From a bacterium (GTDB taxonomy: Bacteria > UBA8248 > JACPRG01 > G963555815): DNA of 64,000 nt. The first letter of the stretch is position 1. The number at the start of each line of letters is the position of its first letter. Below are positions 30,417 through 40,757 of this stretch, in pieces. The position numbers and the translations under genes are program-made. Where the stretch lies: NCBI GenBank assembly GCA_965218795.1, contig OZ244653.1, positions 4,832,001 to 4,896,000 of the forward strand. Direction: 5' to 3'. The notes below the pieces were generated by a model that had not been told where the DNA came from, made no database searches, and worked only from the letters and a program-made list of their open reading frames with translations.

Positions 30417-31129
30417 CCGGCGGGAGCCTGGATATCCAGGGATTGGTGAGCGGGTACGGGAAAGTCAGGACGGTGCACGGAATTGATGTGAGCGTCCTCG
30501 CGGGCCGGGTCACCGCGCTGGTCGGCAGCAACGGTGCCGGCAAGAGCACGACGATGCGCGCCGTTGTCGGTCTGTTGCCGGTCCAGGCCGGTGCGATCCA
30601 CTTCGACGGAGAGCCCGTCCACGGGTTGACGTCCGACCAGCGGGTGAATCTCGGTCTGGTGATGGTACCGGAAGGGCGTTTGATCTTCTCACGCATGACG
30701 GTCGAGGAAAACCTGAGGATCGGCGCCTTCGCCCCCCGCGCGCGGGATCGGGTTCGGGAAAACCTCAGCCTCGTCTATGACCTGTTGCCCCGGCTGGCGG
30801 AGCGGCGTCGACAGCTGGGGGGAACCCTCTCCGGCGGAGAACAGCAGATGCTGGCCCTCGGCCGGGGGCTGATGTCAGAACCCCGGCTCCTCCTTTTGGA
30901 TGAGCCGACTCTCGGTCTGGCCCCGGTGATGGCGCAGAAAATATTCGAGACGATTGAGAGCTTGGCGCAATCCGGTTTGACCATCGTCCTTGCGGAGCAG
31001 AACCTCCAGATGACGCTCTCGCTGGCCGCGGCCGGTTACGTCATGGAAAACGGCAGGATCGCGCTCCAGGGCACGGGGCGGGAACTGCTGGAAAATCCGG
31101 ATATCCGTCGGGCTTATCTGGGAGTATAG
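30413..31129 (+). CDS. LivF-type ABC ATPase
   Basis: GSNGAGKST, LSGGEQQM, LLLDEP. Confidence 0.94.
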   Translation: MTGGSLDIQGLVSGYGKVRTVHGIDVSVLAGRVTALVGSNGAGKSTTMRAVVGLLPVQAGAIHFDGEPVHGLTSDQRVNLGLVMVPEGRLIFSRMTVEENLRIGAFAPRARDRVRENLSLVYDLLPRLAERRRQLGGTLSGGEQQMLALGRGLMSEPRLLLLDEPTLGLAPVMAQKIFETIESLAQSGLTIVLAEQNLQMTLSLAAAGYVMENGRIALQGTGRELLENPDIRRAYLGV

Positions 31130-31177
31130 AAAGTGACGATGGAAATTGATCTCGGAGCTTTCCCGCTGCGCCGCAAG

Positions 31178-33487
31178 TCAGCCCGAAGCGCCTTCTTCCT
31201 CGAGTGCGGCGAGGACCTTCTCCGGGGTCAACGGCAGATCCTTGATGCGAACCCCTACAGCGTCGTAGACGGCATTGGCCACGGCGGGGGCTGTGGCCAC
31301 AAGTCCAGGCTCTCCCACGCCCTTGGCGCCGAAGGGTCCGTTCGGATCGGGGTCTTCTATGATAATAGGGATCATCTCCTCAGGAACGTCATATACGCTG
31401 GGAATTTTGTAATCGATGAATGATGCATTGACCGTCTGCCCGCCTTCGGTCACGAGGTCTTCCATCAAGGCGTAGCCCAGTCCCTGGGCGAATCCTCCTT
31501 CGATCTGCCCTTCGACAACCGTCGGGTTGATGGCCTGACCGACGTCGTGCGCTGCAATCGCTCTGATGACGCGCACGTCACCGGTCTCCGTGTCCACCTC
31601 CACCTCGACAATGTGCACCCCGAATATGAACGCCGTCAACGCGCCAAAGGGAAAGCCGTTCAGGACGGCCCGCTTGGGATCGAAGGCTTGACCTTCGACC
31701 AGGAACGAACCCTTGCCCAGAATCGGGCCCCCGCTCACCCAGTGGCTGATGGCCCCCAGGTCGCGATAAGGCAGAGCCCGCTGCGGGGCGCCTTTGACGC
31801 GGATGGTTCGATCGTGGAGCTCCAGGTCCGCGACATCCGCTTCCAGCGTCTTCGCGGCCAGATCGAGAAGCTGATTCTTTGCGTCTTCGGCGGCCAGCTT
31901 GACGGCGTTGCCGACCGTGAAGGTGGTGCGGCTGCCCGCGGTCCCCCAGTTGAACGGTGAGGTGTCGGAATCGATCGAAGCGTAGTGAATGTCCGACATC
32001 GGGACGCCGAGTTCTTCCGCCGCGATCTGGGAGAGCACGGTCTCGCATCCCTGGCCGATGTCCACGGCGCCGGCTACGAGCCCCATCGTTCCATCCTCAT
32101 TGACCTTGACGAAGGCCCCCGCTGACAAAAGTCCGCTGATGTGATGGAGTGCGGCAATGCCCATCCCGCGCATCGTCCCTGGTTTCGCGGAACCGGATGT
32201 TCTCCAGCCCGCCCGAGAAGCGGCTTCATCGAAGCAGCGTTTCAGTCCCACGCTGGTGAATTTCGTTCCCCCGAGGGCCGCATCTCCGACCCCTACGGCG
32301 TTCTTGAGACGAATGTCCAGGGGATCGATCCCCAGCCGATCGGCAATCATGTCGAGTTGGGATTCGGATGCGAACGTGGCCTGGGGGTTGCCGAACCCGC
32401 GGAAAGCCCCGGACTTCGGCAGGTTCGTGTACACGCAATAGCCGTCGACCTGGACGTTGGGAATCCTGTAAGGCCCGCGGGCCATCATTGCTCCGAAGCC
32501 CGTGATTCCCGGCCCGTCGTCGGCATAGGCGCCGGTGTTGTAATAAAGCCTCACCTGCTTCGCCGTGATGCACCCGTCCTTTTTCACCCCCGTCTTGATC
32601 TCGATCCGGCAGCTGTGGCGGGGTTTCGAGAAGATAAACTCTTCCTGGCGGTTCAGGTAAAGCTTCACCTTGGCGCCGCACTTCAGAGCCAGCGCGCCGG
32701 CCATCGGTTGGACGGTGGGCTCCATGCGTCCTCCGAACCCGCCACCGACACGCGTGTTGATCACGTGGATTCTCGACTGGGGGATGACCAGCGATTCCGA
32801 TATCCGGATCTGCGTCAAATGAACGGACTGCGTGTTGCTCCAGATGATCAACCTGCCGGAGGCGTCCACGTCTGCGACAGCCCCGCTGCGCTCCATGTAG
32901 GTCTGGTGAACGCGCGGAGTCGTGAACGTATCCTCAAAGATTTCGTCGGCTTCGGAAAACCCTTTTTCCAGGTCTCCCTCGAGGAACGTCGTATGGGAAC
33001 ACACGTTTCCATCCTGCACCGCCGGGTAGATGGTGATGTAATCTTTGAGGTCCGGATGCAGGACAGGCGCGTCCGGGGCCATGGCCTGATCGACGGTGAA
33101 TACCGCGGGAAGCTCTTCGTATTGGACTTCAATGAGCTGGATCGCTTCGGCCGCCGCCTCGTCGGTTCTGGCCGCCACGACCGCCACCGGCTCTCCGACG
33201 TACAGGGCGATGCCTCTTGCGATGGCCGGCTCGTCCTTGATAAACGGCCCCATTCGGCCCTCGGGCAGGTCTTCCCCGGTCAGGACCGCCTTCACGCCCG
33301 GAACGCGCAGCGCCTTCTCGGCGTTCACGGCGGCGATTCGGGCGTGCGGATACGGACTCCACACGACACGAGCGACGAGGGCCTCGTCATGCCGCTCGTC
33401 GTCGAAATACCGTGAGCGTCCGGTCACCTTCTCTGCGGCGTCGACCTTTACGACCCGGGTACCGACCAGCGCATGGGTTGTCGTCAT
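31178..33487 (-). CDS. Xanthine-dehydrogenase-family molybdopterin subunit
   Basis: GGGFGG, AFRGFG, DIGQG, GQIEGG, AKGVGE. Confidence 0.95.
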   Translation of the reverse strand: MTTTHALVGTRVVKVDAAEKVTGRSRYFDDERHDEALVARVVWSPYPHARIAAVNAEKALRVPGVKAVLTGEDLPEGRMGPFIKDEPAIARGIALYVGEPVAVVAARTDEAAAEAIQLIEVQYEELPAVFTVDQAMAPDAPVLHPDLKDYITIYPAVQDGNVCSHTTFLEGDLEKGFSEADEIFEDTFTTPRVHQTYMERSGAVADVDASGRLIIWSNTQSVHLTQIRISESLVIPQSRIHVINTRVGGGFGGRMEPTVQPMAGALALKCGAKVKLYLNRQEEFIFSKPRHSCRIEIKTGVKKDGCITAKQVRLYYNTGAYADDGPGITGFGAMMARGPYRIPNVQVDGYCVYTNLPKSGAFRGFGNPQATFASESQLDMIADRLGIDPLDIRLKNAVGVGDAALGGTKFTSVGLKRCFDEAASRAGWRTSGSAKPGTMRGMGIAALHHISGLLSAGAFVKVNEDGTMGLVAGAVDIGQGCETVLSQIAAEELGVPMSDIHYASIDSDTSPFNWGTAGSRTTFTVGNAVKLAAEDAKNQLLDLAAKTLEADVADLELHDRTIRVKGAPQRALPYRDLGAISHWVSGGPILGKGSFLVEGQAFDPKRAVLNGFPFGALTAFIFGVHIVEVEVDTETGDVRVIRAIAAHDVGQAINPTVVEGQIEGGFAQGLGYALMEDLVTEGGQTVNASFIDYKIPSVYDVPEEMIPIIIEDPDPNGPFGAKGVGEPGLVATAPAVANAVYDAVGVRIKDLPLTPEKVLAALEEEGASG

Positions 33488-33527
33488 TCCCGACCTCTCT
33501 TGTTCTACGATTCCAGAATGCCGAGCG

Positions 33528-34004
33528 TCAGCGGCCGCCGGCGGACGTTTGGGCGGCGACCTCAATCGCTTCAAGAATCTTGACGTAACCCGTGCAGCGG
33601 CACAGGTTTCCCGCGATATGAGTCTTGATTTCCTCCCTGGATGGCTGCGGGTTCGCATTCAACAGCGCTTTCGCGGCGAGGATCATCCCGGGTATGCAGA
33701 ACCCGCACTGAACCGCGCCGGTCTGCATAAACGCCTCCTGAAGCGGGTCCAGTTTGCCGTCTCTCGCCAGCCCTTCAATCGTCGTCACCTCTTTCCCCAC
33801 GGCATCGAACGCGAACATGAGACAGGAACGGACCGCCGTGCCGTTCAGGAGTACGGTGCACGATCCGCACTCACCGACTTCGCATGCCTCCTTCGTTCCC
33901 GTCAGATGCAGCCGGTCCCGCAGCACCTCGATGAGGAGCTCGTTGGCCTTTGCGTCGACCACCTCACGCTCGCCGTTGATCTCCAGGTTCAGCTGAATCT
34001 GCAT
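33528..34004 (-). CDS. XDH-family 2x[2Fe-2S] subunit
   Basis: CEVGECGSC, QCGFCIPG, NLCRCTGY. Confidence 0.96.
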   Translation of the reverse strand: MQIQLNLEINGEREVVDAKANELLIEVLRDRLHLTGTKEACEVGECGSCTVLLNGTAVRSCLMFAFDAVGKEVTTIEGLARDGKLDPLQEAFMQTGAVQCGFCIPGMILAAKALLNANPQPSREEIKTHIAGNLCRCTGYVKILEAIEVAAQTSAGGR

Positions 34005-34012
34005 CGGGTGAC

Positions 34013-34900
34013 CTAAGCCTCCAGCTTCACACCGTTGGATTCCAGGGCGTTCAGCAACCCCCGCCGGACGAGGACCCGGACCATCTTGCGCCGATATTCG
34101 GCCGAGCCCCGGAGATCCGAGAGCGGAGCGGCTTCTTCAGCCGCCGCGGTCGCCGTCTCATTGATGAGTCCAGCGACCGGCCGCTGACCCCGCAGCGCCT
34201 CTTCCGCCCGGGGGCAGCGAATCGGTCTCGGGGCCGCCGCCGCCAGTCCGATTCGAACGTCTTCCACCGCTGCTCCATCTTCGCAGGCGATCGTGACCGA
34301 CGCGGAGACGACCGGTATATCCGTAGCGTTCTTTCGCAGCTTCTCATGGGCGCCGCTGCGTTCGGCAAGCTCCGGGGCGACGGTGATCCGGGTCAGGATT
34401 TCATCTTCGGCCAGCTGCGTTTCAAAGGTGTCGACGAAGAAGTCCTCCACGGCCATGACCCGCTCGCCGTCCGCGCTTTGCAGGTGGACCTGAGCGCCCG
34501 CGGCGATGAGTGCCGAGGCCATGTCGGTTGCCGGGTCGGCATGGGCGATGCTGCCGCCCACGGTCCCCATGTTGCGAATGGGCAGGGAGGCCACATATCC
34601 CGCCGCTATGGAAAGCACGGGGTAATGCTCGGCCACGACCTCGGAGTCTGCGATCCATTGATGCCGGACGAGTGCTCCCACGTCCAGGCCCTGTTCAGGT
34701 TGGAAATCAATTTGATCAATGCCCGGAATGGTTTTGATATTGATGAGAAATCGCGGCTGGATGAGATCGTACTTCATCAGGATGGCGAGGGCGATCCCGC
34801 CCGCGATAAGCTTGGCTTCTCCGGCGTGCTCCCGGAGGAGCGCGCAGGCTTCCTCGGTCGAGCCGGCTTCGATGTACTCGAACTCACGAATCCTGGCCAT
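34013..34900 (-). CDS. XDH-family FAD-binding subunit
   Basis: IAGG, IRNMGTVGGS, DLRGSAEYR. Confidence 0.94.
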   Translation of the reverse strand: MARIREFEYIEAGSTEEACALLREHAGEAKLIAGGIALAILMKYDLIQPRFLINIKTIPGIDQIDFQPEQGLDVGALVRHQWIADSEVVAEHYPVLSIAAGYVASLPIRNMGTVGGSIAHADPATDMASALIAAGAQVHLQSADGERVMAVEDFFVDTFETQLAEDEILTRITVAPELAERSGAHEKLRKNATDIPVVSASVTIACEDGAAVEDVRIGLAAAAPRPIRCPRAEEALRGQRPVAGLINETATAAAEEAAPLSDLRGSAEYRRKMVRVLVRRGLLNALESNGVKLEA

Positions 34901-35013
34901 CACGATCTCTCGGGTCAGGGTCCCTGCCGGGCCCGGTTGCCGGCGCTCCACACTCCATCCGGCCGCATTCGCTTCGATAGCGGTTTTCGCGCTCGCCCGT
35001 ATTTCCCGATGGT

Positions 35014-36510
35014 CTAAGCCGACCCGGCGCTTCCCCTGCTTCCCGATGGCAGATGCGTGATCTCCTCGTCCGTAATCTTGTCGTCGGGCGGCAGTTCAAT
35101 CAGCGGCTTGTCGTACGTATCCACGAACCCATCGATGTAGTCGCCCAGATTGATGGTGTGCGTTGGGAAGTAGCAGGGCTGGTTCATCATCGGGGAGACG
35201 GTCTTGTCGATTCCAATCGGGCGCGTGCAGTCGAAGCCCATCTTCGTTACCACCGAATCGACCGTCGTGGGATCGAGCGGGATGCCGAGGCTGTCCTGGA
35301 TGAAGACGACGTCGTCCCTTCCTCGGCAGCGGGTCGCGAAGGCCCATTCGACCTGAACGTGGTTGCGGGCATCGATGTCCTCGTCCACGACCCATACGTT
35401 CTTCACGCCCTGATAGGAAAGCACGTTCGAGATGACCTGCTTTCCATGGCCCGGGTAAACCTTCTTGATGCGGACCACACAATCGAAGTACGTGCAGCCG
35501 CCCGGCGTGAGATAGACGTCGCGGATACATTCCTCGGGAAATACCCGGGCCAGCGCTTGATAGACTTCCACTTGGTTCGTGATGAGCATCGGCTGGTTCT
35601 CGTCGGGCGGCGGGCCGGTGACGATGTCGTTGTAGATGGGTTCGTTGCGGTGCGTGATGGCGGTCACGTTGAAGACCGGCGCCAGCCGTTCGTCACCGTA
35701 GTAGCCCGTAAACTCCACGAATGGGGCCTCGGGCTTGCGCTCGCGAGGCGGGATGAGTCCTTCGAGGATGATCTCGGCGTTCGCCGGCGCCTCGACGTCG
35801 ATGGTCTCACAGCGCACCATCTCGACGGCCTTGCCCCGCTGCGCCCCGGCGAAGGCGAACTCATCATCGTCGAGCGGCATGCTGGTCGAGGCCGCGATCA
35901 TGGAGGCTGGATCGGCGCCTATGGCGACGGCCATGGGGCACGGCTCGTCGCGCTCCCAGTACATCATGATGATCTGCCAAAGATTGAACGGGCTCATCCA
36001 CAACCCGGTCTGGTTTTTCTCGTGGATATAGAGGCGATGAACAGAGGCATTGTGGACCCGGGTAACGGGGTGCTGGACGATGCAGCACGCGGCGTCGATG
36101 TACCAGCCTCTGTCTTTCTTCGCGTGCCAGGTGATGGGGAACATGTTCAAGTCGATATCGTCCCCCTGAATGATGTTTTCTTTGCAGGGCCCCTCCTTCA
36201 CCACCTTTGGCTGGAATTCGCCCATCCGTTTGGAACGCTCGAAGTAATCATGCGTGAAGTTTTCCGGCGTCGTGTCGAGGCCCATGCAGACGCGCTTCTG
36301 TGTGCCGTATACGGCCACGGTCAGAGGAATACGGTTGTCTTTTCCTTTGACCTTCTCGAACCAGAGAGCCGGTCCCTGAAAATCGATGGATTTCTTGGCC
36401 ACCAGCGTGGATTCGAGGTATGGGTCCACTTCTCTTGATACGCGTTTGAGCTCGCCTTCGGATTCAAGACATTCAAGATAGGTACGAAAATCGTCGAACG
36501 ACATACTCAC
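35014..36510 (-). CDS. UbiD-family prFMN-dependent (de)carboxylase
   Basis: NASVHRL, EIILEG, EAPFVEFTGYY, VVDEDID, KMGFDCT. Confidence 0.93.
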   Translation of the reverse strand: MSMSFDDFRTYLECLESEGELKRVSREVDPYLESTLVAKKSIDFQGPALWFEKVKGKDNRIPLTVAVYGTQKRVCMGLDTTPENFTHDYFERSKRMGEFQPKVVKEGPCKENIIQGDDIDLNMFPITWHAKKDRGWYIDAACCIVQHPVTRVHNASVHRLYIHEKNQTGLWMSPFNLWQIIMMYWERDEPCPMAVAIGADPASMIAASTSMPLDDDEFAFAGAQRGKAVEMVRCETIDVEAPANAEIILEGLIPPRERKPEAPFVEFTGYYGDERLAPVFNVTAITHRNEPIYNDIVTGPPPDENQPMLITNQVEVYQALARVFPEECIRDVYLTPGGCTYFDCVVRIKKVYPGHGKQVISNVLSYQGVKNVWVVDEDIDARNHVQVEWAFATRCRGRDDVVFIQDSLGIPLDPTTVDSVVTKMGFDCTRPIGIDKTVSPMMNQPCYFPTHTINLGDYIDGFVDTYDKPLIELPPDDKITDEEITHLPSGSRGSAGSA

Positions 36511-36689
36511 CCCTCCCGCGTAATCGCCTGGATTCAGAATCTCCCCCTCGACCGGCGTTCAAGCCTCGGGCGGGTCTTGAAATCCTCCCCCTGCGCCGGC
36601 AGGCAACATGAAAATAAGGATATCTTGTCTAATGGTTCGAGTGTGCATCCTAAGATGGGCTTCAATTCGATGTCAACGGAGGGCCCGGC

Positions 36690-37122
36690 CCGTTCGGTTT
36701 CAGCCGCCTGAATCACAACAGCCATTGCCGTACCGCCCGCGGCGCAACCGGCGAACAGGCCGGCTCCTCCACCGCGCATCGCGGGTTCTCCAATCATCTC
36801 GATGATCATACACATACCGGTCAGGCCCTGCGGGTGATCCCAAATCAATGAGCAATCATCGTTGTTCATGCGATCGAGATCGATGCCGGTTTCCTTTGAG
36901 ACCGGTGGGCCAGGGAAGTCCGTCAAAGGAATGCCGCTGGGGGACGGTCATCCCGAGAACTCCAAAGTCGAATGCGTTCGGGAGGATACTGCGCCGTCAG
37001 CTCTTGTTTCGCTGCATGGGCCGCAAATTCGATGCTGTGCAGTCTGGCGAAGCCGCCCTGCCGCTTGGTGAAGGGCGAACAACCCAATAGGCGCCATAAG
37101 GAATTTCGCCTTGAAAGGGCAA
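36690..37122 (-). pseudogene. Collapsed thiolase-family gene (termini only)
   Basis: Frameshifted N-terminus (EIPYGAYW, LHSIEFAAH, GMTVPQ) joined to C-terminus (LIWDHPQGLTG, GLFAGCAAGGTAMAVV). Confidence 0.75.
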
Positions 37123-37182
37123 CGTGACGTCTCCCTTCCGATGAACTGAGCCGGTCCCCCTGTCTCCTCCATCTCGTGCGGC

Positions 37183-38718
37183 TTACGATTCTCTCAGTGC
37201 CTTTTTGTCGATCTTGCCGACCGTTGTCTTGGGGATGTCCTCCTGGACATTGATGACAACGGGTACTTTGTATTTGGCGAGGTGCTCCCGGCAGTGTGTC
37301 ATGAGATCATCCGCCGTGGTTTCGGCGTCCGTCCGAAGTACAACGTACGCCTTGATGACTTCGCCCCGGTAGTCGTCGGGCACGCCGACGGCAGCGGCTT
37401 CCTGAACGGCGGAATGCATGTAGAGAACCTCGTCGATCTCGCGGGGATAAACGTTGAAGCCCCCGACGATGGCCATGTCCTTCTTGCGGTCCCGGATAAA
37501 GAGGTCGCCCTCCTCGTCGAACTCGCCGATGTCCCCGGTGTACAACCAACCATCGCGCAGGGTTTCAGCGGTCTCCTCCGGCCGGTTCCGGTACCCCGAC
37601 ATGATCTGAGGTCCGCGAGCGCGAATCTCGCCCCGGAGTCCTGTCTCCAGGACGTTGGTCCCTGTCTCCACGTCGACAATCTGCACTTCGGTCCGGGGCA
37701 GCGGCCGGCCCACTGAGCCCGGCTTCATCGTCCGTCCCTCTGCGATATAGGTGAGCACCGGACCGGCTTCGGACTGGCCGTAGCCTTCCAGGACGGGACA
37801 ACCCGTCAGCTCCTGCCAGCGCTTGAGGGTTTCCTCGGGCAGCGGGGCGGACCCGGAATAGGCGGTGCGCAATGTGGACAAGTCGGCTTCCTGACACCCT
37901 TCGCAGGCCAGCAGTCCGTTGAAAACGGTCGGCCCCGCTGGCAGGCGGGTGATCCTTTCCCTTTCGACGGCCTCCAGCACCCGGTCGGGCCGGTAGCGCG
38001 GGAGGATCACGAGACGACCCCGGCAGTACACCGACAGGTGAAGGCACATGGCGGAGGCGAACACATGGAACAAGGGCATCATGCACAGGATGGATTCTTC
38101 ATCCTTCAGCGTCGGCAAGGCCGCTTCGCGCTGGCTGATGTTGACCGACAATTGGCCGTGGGTGATGTTGACGCCCTTGGGCAGGCCGGTCGTCCCTCCT
38201 GTGTATTGAAGCGTGGCGAGGTCTTCCGCCCGGGGTTGGGGCAGGCCGGCGGATGGGTCTTCCCTCCAGACGTCCAGCAGCCTCCCATTGGGGTGACCGA
38301 CCTTGATCCCATGCGGGATCTGGAGCTCCGCCAGGAGGGGTTCCACGGTAGAGGCGGTTTCCTGGTCGTAGACGACGGCGGTCGGTTCAGCGTCGCTCAG
38401 GATGTGCGTCAGTTCGCGAGCCGTATAGACGGGATTGATGGGCACGGCCTGTGCAGTCGCCGCATGCACGGCAAACATGGCGACAGCGATTTCGATCGAG
38501 TTGCCGCAAATCAAAGCCACCCGGCCGCCGCGTGCGCCCAGATCGACGAGCTCAGCCGCGAAACCTCCGACACATCGGACCCATTCCGTGTAGGTCAGCC
38601 GGCGGTCCTCAAAGAGCAGTGCGGTGGCGTCCCCGGCCTGCTCCTCCGCATCCGCAAGCATATGGACGACCGTCTCGAATACCCTGGGCAAATGTCCTTT
38701 CGCCGTCTCCTGAACCAT
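37183..38718 (-). CDS. Acyl/aryl-CoA ligase (AMP-forming)
   Basis: YTGGTTGLPKG, GYGQSE, GWLYTGD, VGKID. Confidence 0.94.
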   Translation of the reverse strand: MVQETAKGHLPRVFETVVHMLADAEEQAGDATALLFEDRRLTYTEWVRCVGGFAAELVDLGARGGRVALICGNSIEIAVAMFAVHAATAQAVPINPVYTARELTHILSDAEPTAVVYDQETASTVEPLLAELQIPHGIKVGHPNGRLLDVWREDPSAGLPQPRAEDLATLQYTGGTTGLPKGVNITHGQLSVNISQREAALPTLKDEESILCMMPLFHVFASAMCLHLSVYCRGRLVILPRYRPDRVLEAVERERITRLPAGPTVFNGLLACEGCQEADLSTLRTAYSGSAPLPEETLKRWQELTGCPVLEGYGQSEAGPVLTYIAEGRTMKPGSVGRPLPRTEVQIVDVETGTNVLETGLRGEIRARGPQIMSGYRNRPEETAETLRDGWLYTGDIGEFDEEGDLFIRDRKKDMAIVGGFNVYPREIDEVLYMHSAVQEAAAVGVPDDYRGEVIKAYVVLRTDAETTADDLMTHCREHLAKYKVPVVINVQEDIPKTTVGKIDKKALRES

Positions 38719-38798
38719 CCTTGGCCCCTATCCCGTGGTCGCGACGGAGAATCGATGTGCAGGCTGTGGAGAACCCTCCATCTGGGCAGGCAACGAGC

Positions 38799-40748
38799 CT
38801 ACCAACCCGGCGGGCGTGAAACGGTGATGTGCGGCTGGACCTCCTCCTCGGTCGGAATCCATTTGGGCGTGATGAGTTTTCCCTGCGGATGCAGCTCGTG
38901 CGCGCCGGTTCCTTCTGTGAACCCCTTCTGTTTCAGATGCTCCCGCAGGGCACGGGATTCATCCTCGTTGATACGATAGTCGCAGGCCTCCGCGTCGATC
39001 TCTTCGATGACGACGCCGTAGTAATTTCGCGCCGCCTCGATACTGAGCCATTCGTCCATCACATCGGTCAAAACCAGCTGGGGGTCCCGTTCCATCGGAT
39101 TGCCGAACCCGCCCCCTCCGCTGGACGAGTAGTAAATGACGTCGCTCTTCTTCAGCTCCACGCCGGTGGCGTACATCCCCGCATTGAACTCCCGGTCCGT
39201 GTCTTTGTTGACGACGAGCATGCTGCCCCCGGCATTGAGCCCTCCGTAGATGCCCCAGGGCGGAAATTTTTCCCGGTCGCCGTGGATGGTCATGGTGACG
39301 TCTGTCTGGATCTCGAGCTCCCGCACGAGAGCGAAGCCGCCCCGATACATGCCGTGACCGCAGCTGTCCGTGCGGGCCTCGTACTTCGTGTAGATGACCG
39401 GGAACCATCGCTCCTCCAGTTCCTGCGGAATCGTCCTGGCGTTGCAAAAGCGCATGAAGATGAGGGATTTCCCGTCCTTGAACGACCTGGCGTTCTCACC
39501 GCCCACCGCATAGGTGTATTGGACGAACTGCTTCTTCGTCCGCGGATTGTAGCCGCCCATGCAAAGGTTGGTCAGGCTCACCGCCGCGGGGTAGACTCGC
39601 CATGGCTGGACTTGGCTCATGGGACCGGCCAGGCAGCCGATAGTGACCGCCTCGACCTTGTCAAAGGCGCCGGAGCAGTAACCCGTCGTCGGCGTCGGCT
39701 CCAGGACGTGCACGCATGACCCGGGCTTCGAGATGATCTCCAGGTTTCGGATGATCCCGTGGTTCAGCGGAAACAGCGCGGGGAAGCAAATCATGAAGCC
39801 CAGATAGTTCGCCCCGATCAGTGTAGGGCGCGCGGCGCCCCAGGAGGCCCGGGGCTGCGGGTCGGATTGGGTCCAATCAAAGGAGAGCTTCGTTCCTGTT
39901 TTCGTCAACTTGCAGTGGACGTAGATGGGAGGCTTGCCTTCGGCCATGACGTCCTGGTCGCCGTAGTCGCTGAACTCCCATTCCCCGTCCGGCAACTCTT
40001 CGAGTCCGGCAAGCATCAAGCGCTCGGTGTAATTGAACTGCTCTTCATACGCCAGGAAAAGGGTTTCTTTGCCGTAGCGCCCGGCCAGCTCGACCACCCG
40101 ACGGTCGATCAGCCGGGCAGCCTCGACCTGGGCCTGAAGGTCCGCCCGCCGCTCGACGGCGCCCCGGATATTGATCTCGATCAGGCTGAAGAGTTCTTCG
40201 TCCAATTCGTCGTTCTTGAACAGGCGGATGGGCGGGATGCGGAGCCCTTCGGCGAAGCAGGTGGTGGCCTCGGGGTTGAAGGTTCCGGGCATCGGTCCGC
40301 CGATGTCGGCCCAATGGATGACCGTGCAGGCAAAGGCGACAATCTCGTCTTCATAGAAGATGGGCCGGATGAGGCGGACGTCGTTGACGTGCGAACCCGT
40401 CCGGTACGGATCGCTGAAGATGAAGGTGTCGCCGGGCTTCATCGTTTCCCTGGAGAACACCTTGAGCAACTCCGCCACGGAGGGCTCAAAGGATGCGTAA
40501 TGGGCGGCCGCATCGGTGTGACCGTGGGCGACCAGACGGGCGTCGGGGGTCAGAATGGCGTTTGAGCGATCACGCCCCATGCCCACCACCGGGTGGTAGG
40601 CGATTCGCTCAATTGTCGAGGATGCTTCGTAGCAGGCCGCCACGAAGGCGTTCCGCATGACCTCAAACGTGATGAGGTCCATCTTCAAATCCTGAATCTC
40701 CGTAAGGGTTTCTTTGACGCTCAGATTGTCTTGACGCTGTTCGTCCAT
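38799..40748 (-). CDS. Hydantoinase B/oxoprolinase-family subunit
   Basis: SDPYRTGSHVND, HWADIGG, EGLRIPP, GGGGFGNPMERDP. Confidence 0.94.
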   Translation of the reverse strand: MDEQRQDNLSVKETLTEIQDLKMDLITFEVMRNAFVAACYEASSTIERIAYHPVVGMGRDRSNAILTPDARLVAHGHTDAAAHYASFEPSVAELLKVFSRETMKPGDTFIFSDPYRTGSHVNDVRLIRPIFYEDEIVAFACTVIHWADIGGPMPGTFNPEATTCFAEGLRIPPIRLFKNDELDEELFSLIEINIRGAVERRADLQAQVEAARLIDRRVVELAGRYGKETLFLAYEEQFNYTERLMLAGLEELPDGEWEFSDYGDQDVMAEGKPPIYVHCKLTKTGTKLSFDWTQSDPQPRASWGAARPTLIGANYLGFMICFPALFPLNHGIIRNLEIISKPGSCVHVLEPTPTTGYCSGAFDKVEAVTIGCLAGPMSQVQPWRVYPAAVSLTNLCMGGYNPRTKKQFVQYTYAVGGENARSFKDGKSLIFMRFCNARTIPQELEERWFPVIYTKYEARTDSCGHGMYRGGFALVRELEIQTDVTMTIHGDREKFPPWGIYGGLNAGGSMLVVNKDTDREFNAGMYATGVELKKSDVIYYSSSGGGGFGNPMERDPQLVLTDVMDEWLSIEAARNYYGVVIEEIDAEACDYRINEDESRALREHLKQKGFTEGTGAHELHPQGKLITPKWIPTEEEVQPHITVSRPPGW

Positions 40749-40757
40749 GGCGGTCTC

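Noticed and set aside
31178-34900. Aerobic CO dehydrogenase (form I CoxL)
   Set aside because: The active-site loop is AFRGFG rather than AYxCSFR, and no cox accessory genes are present
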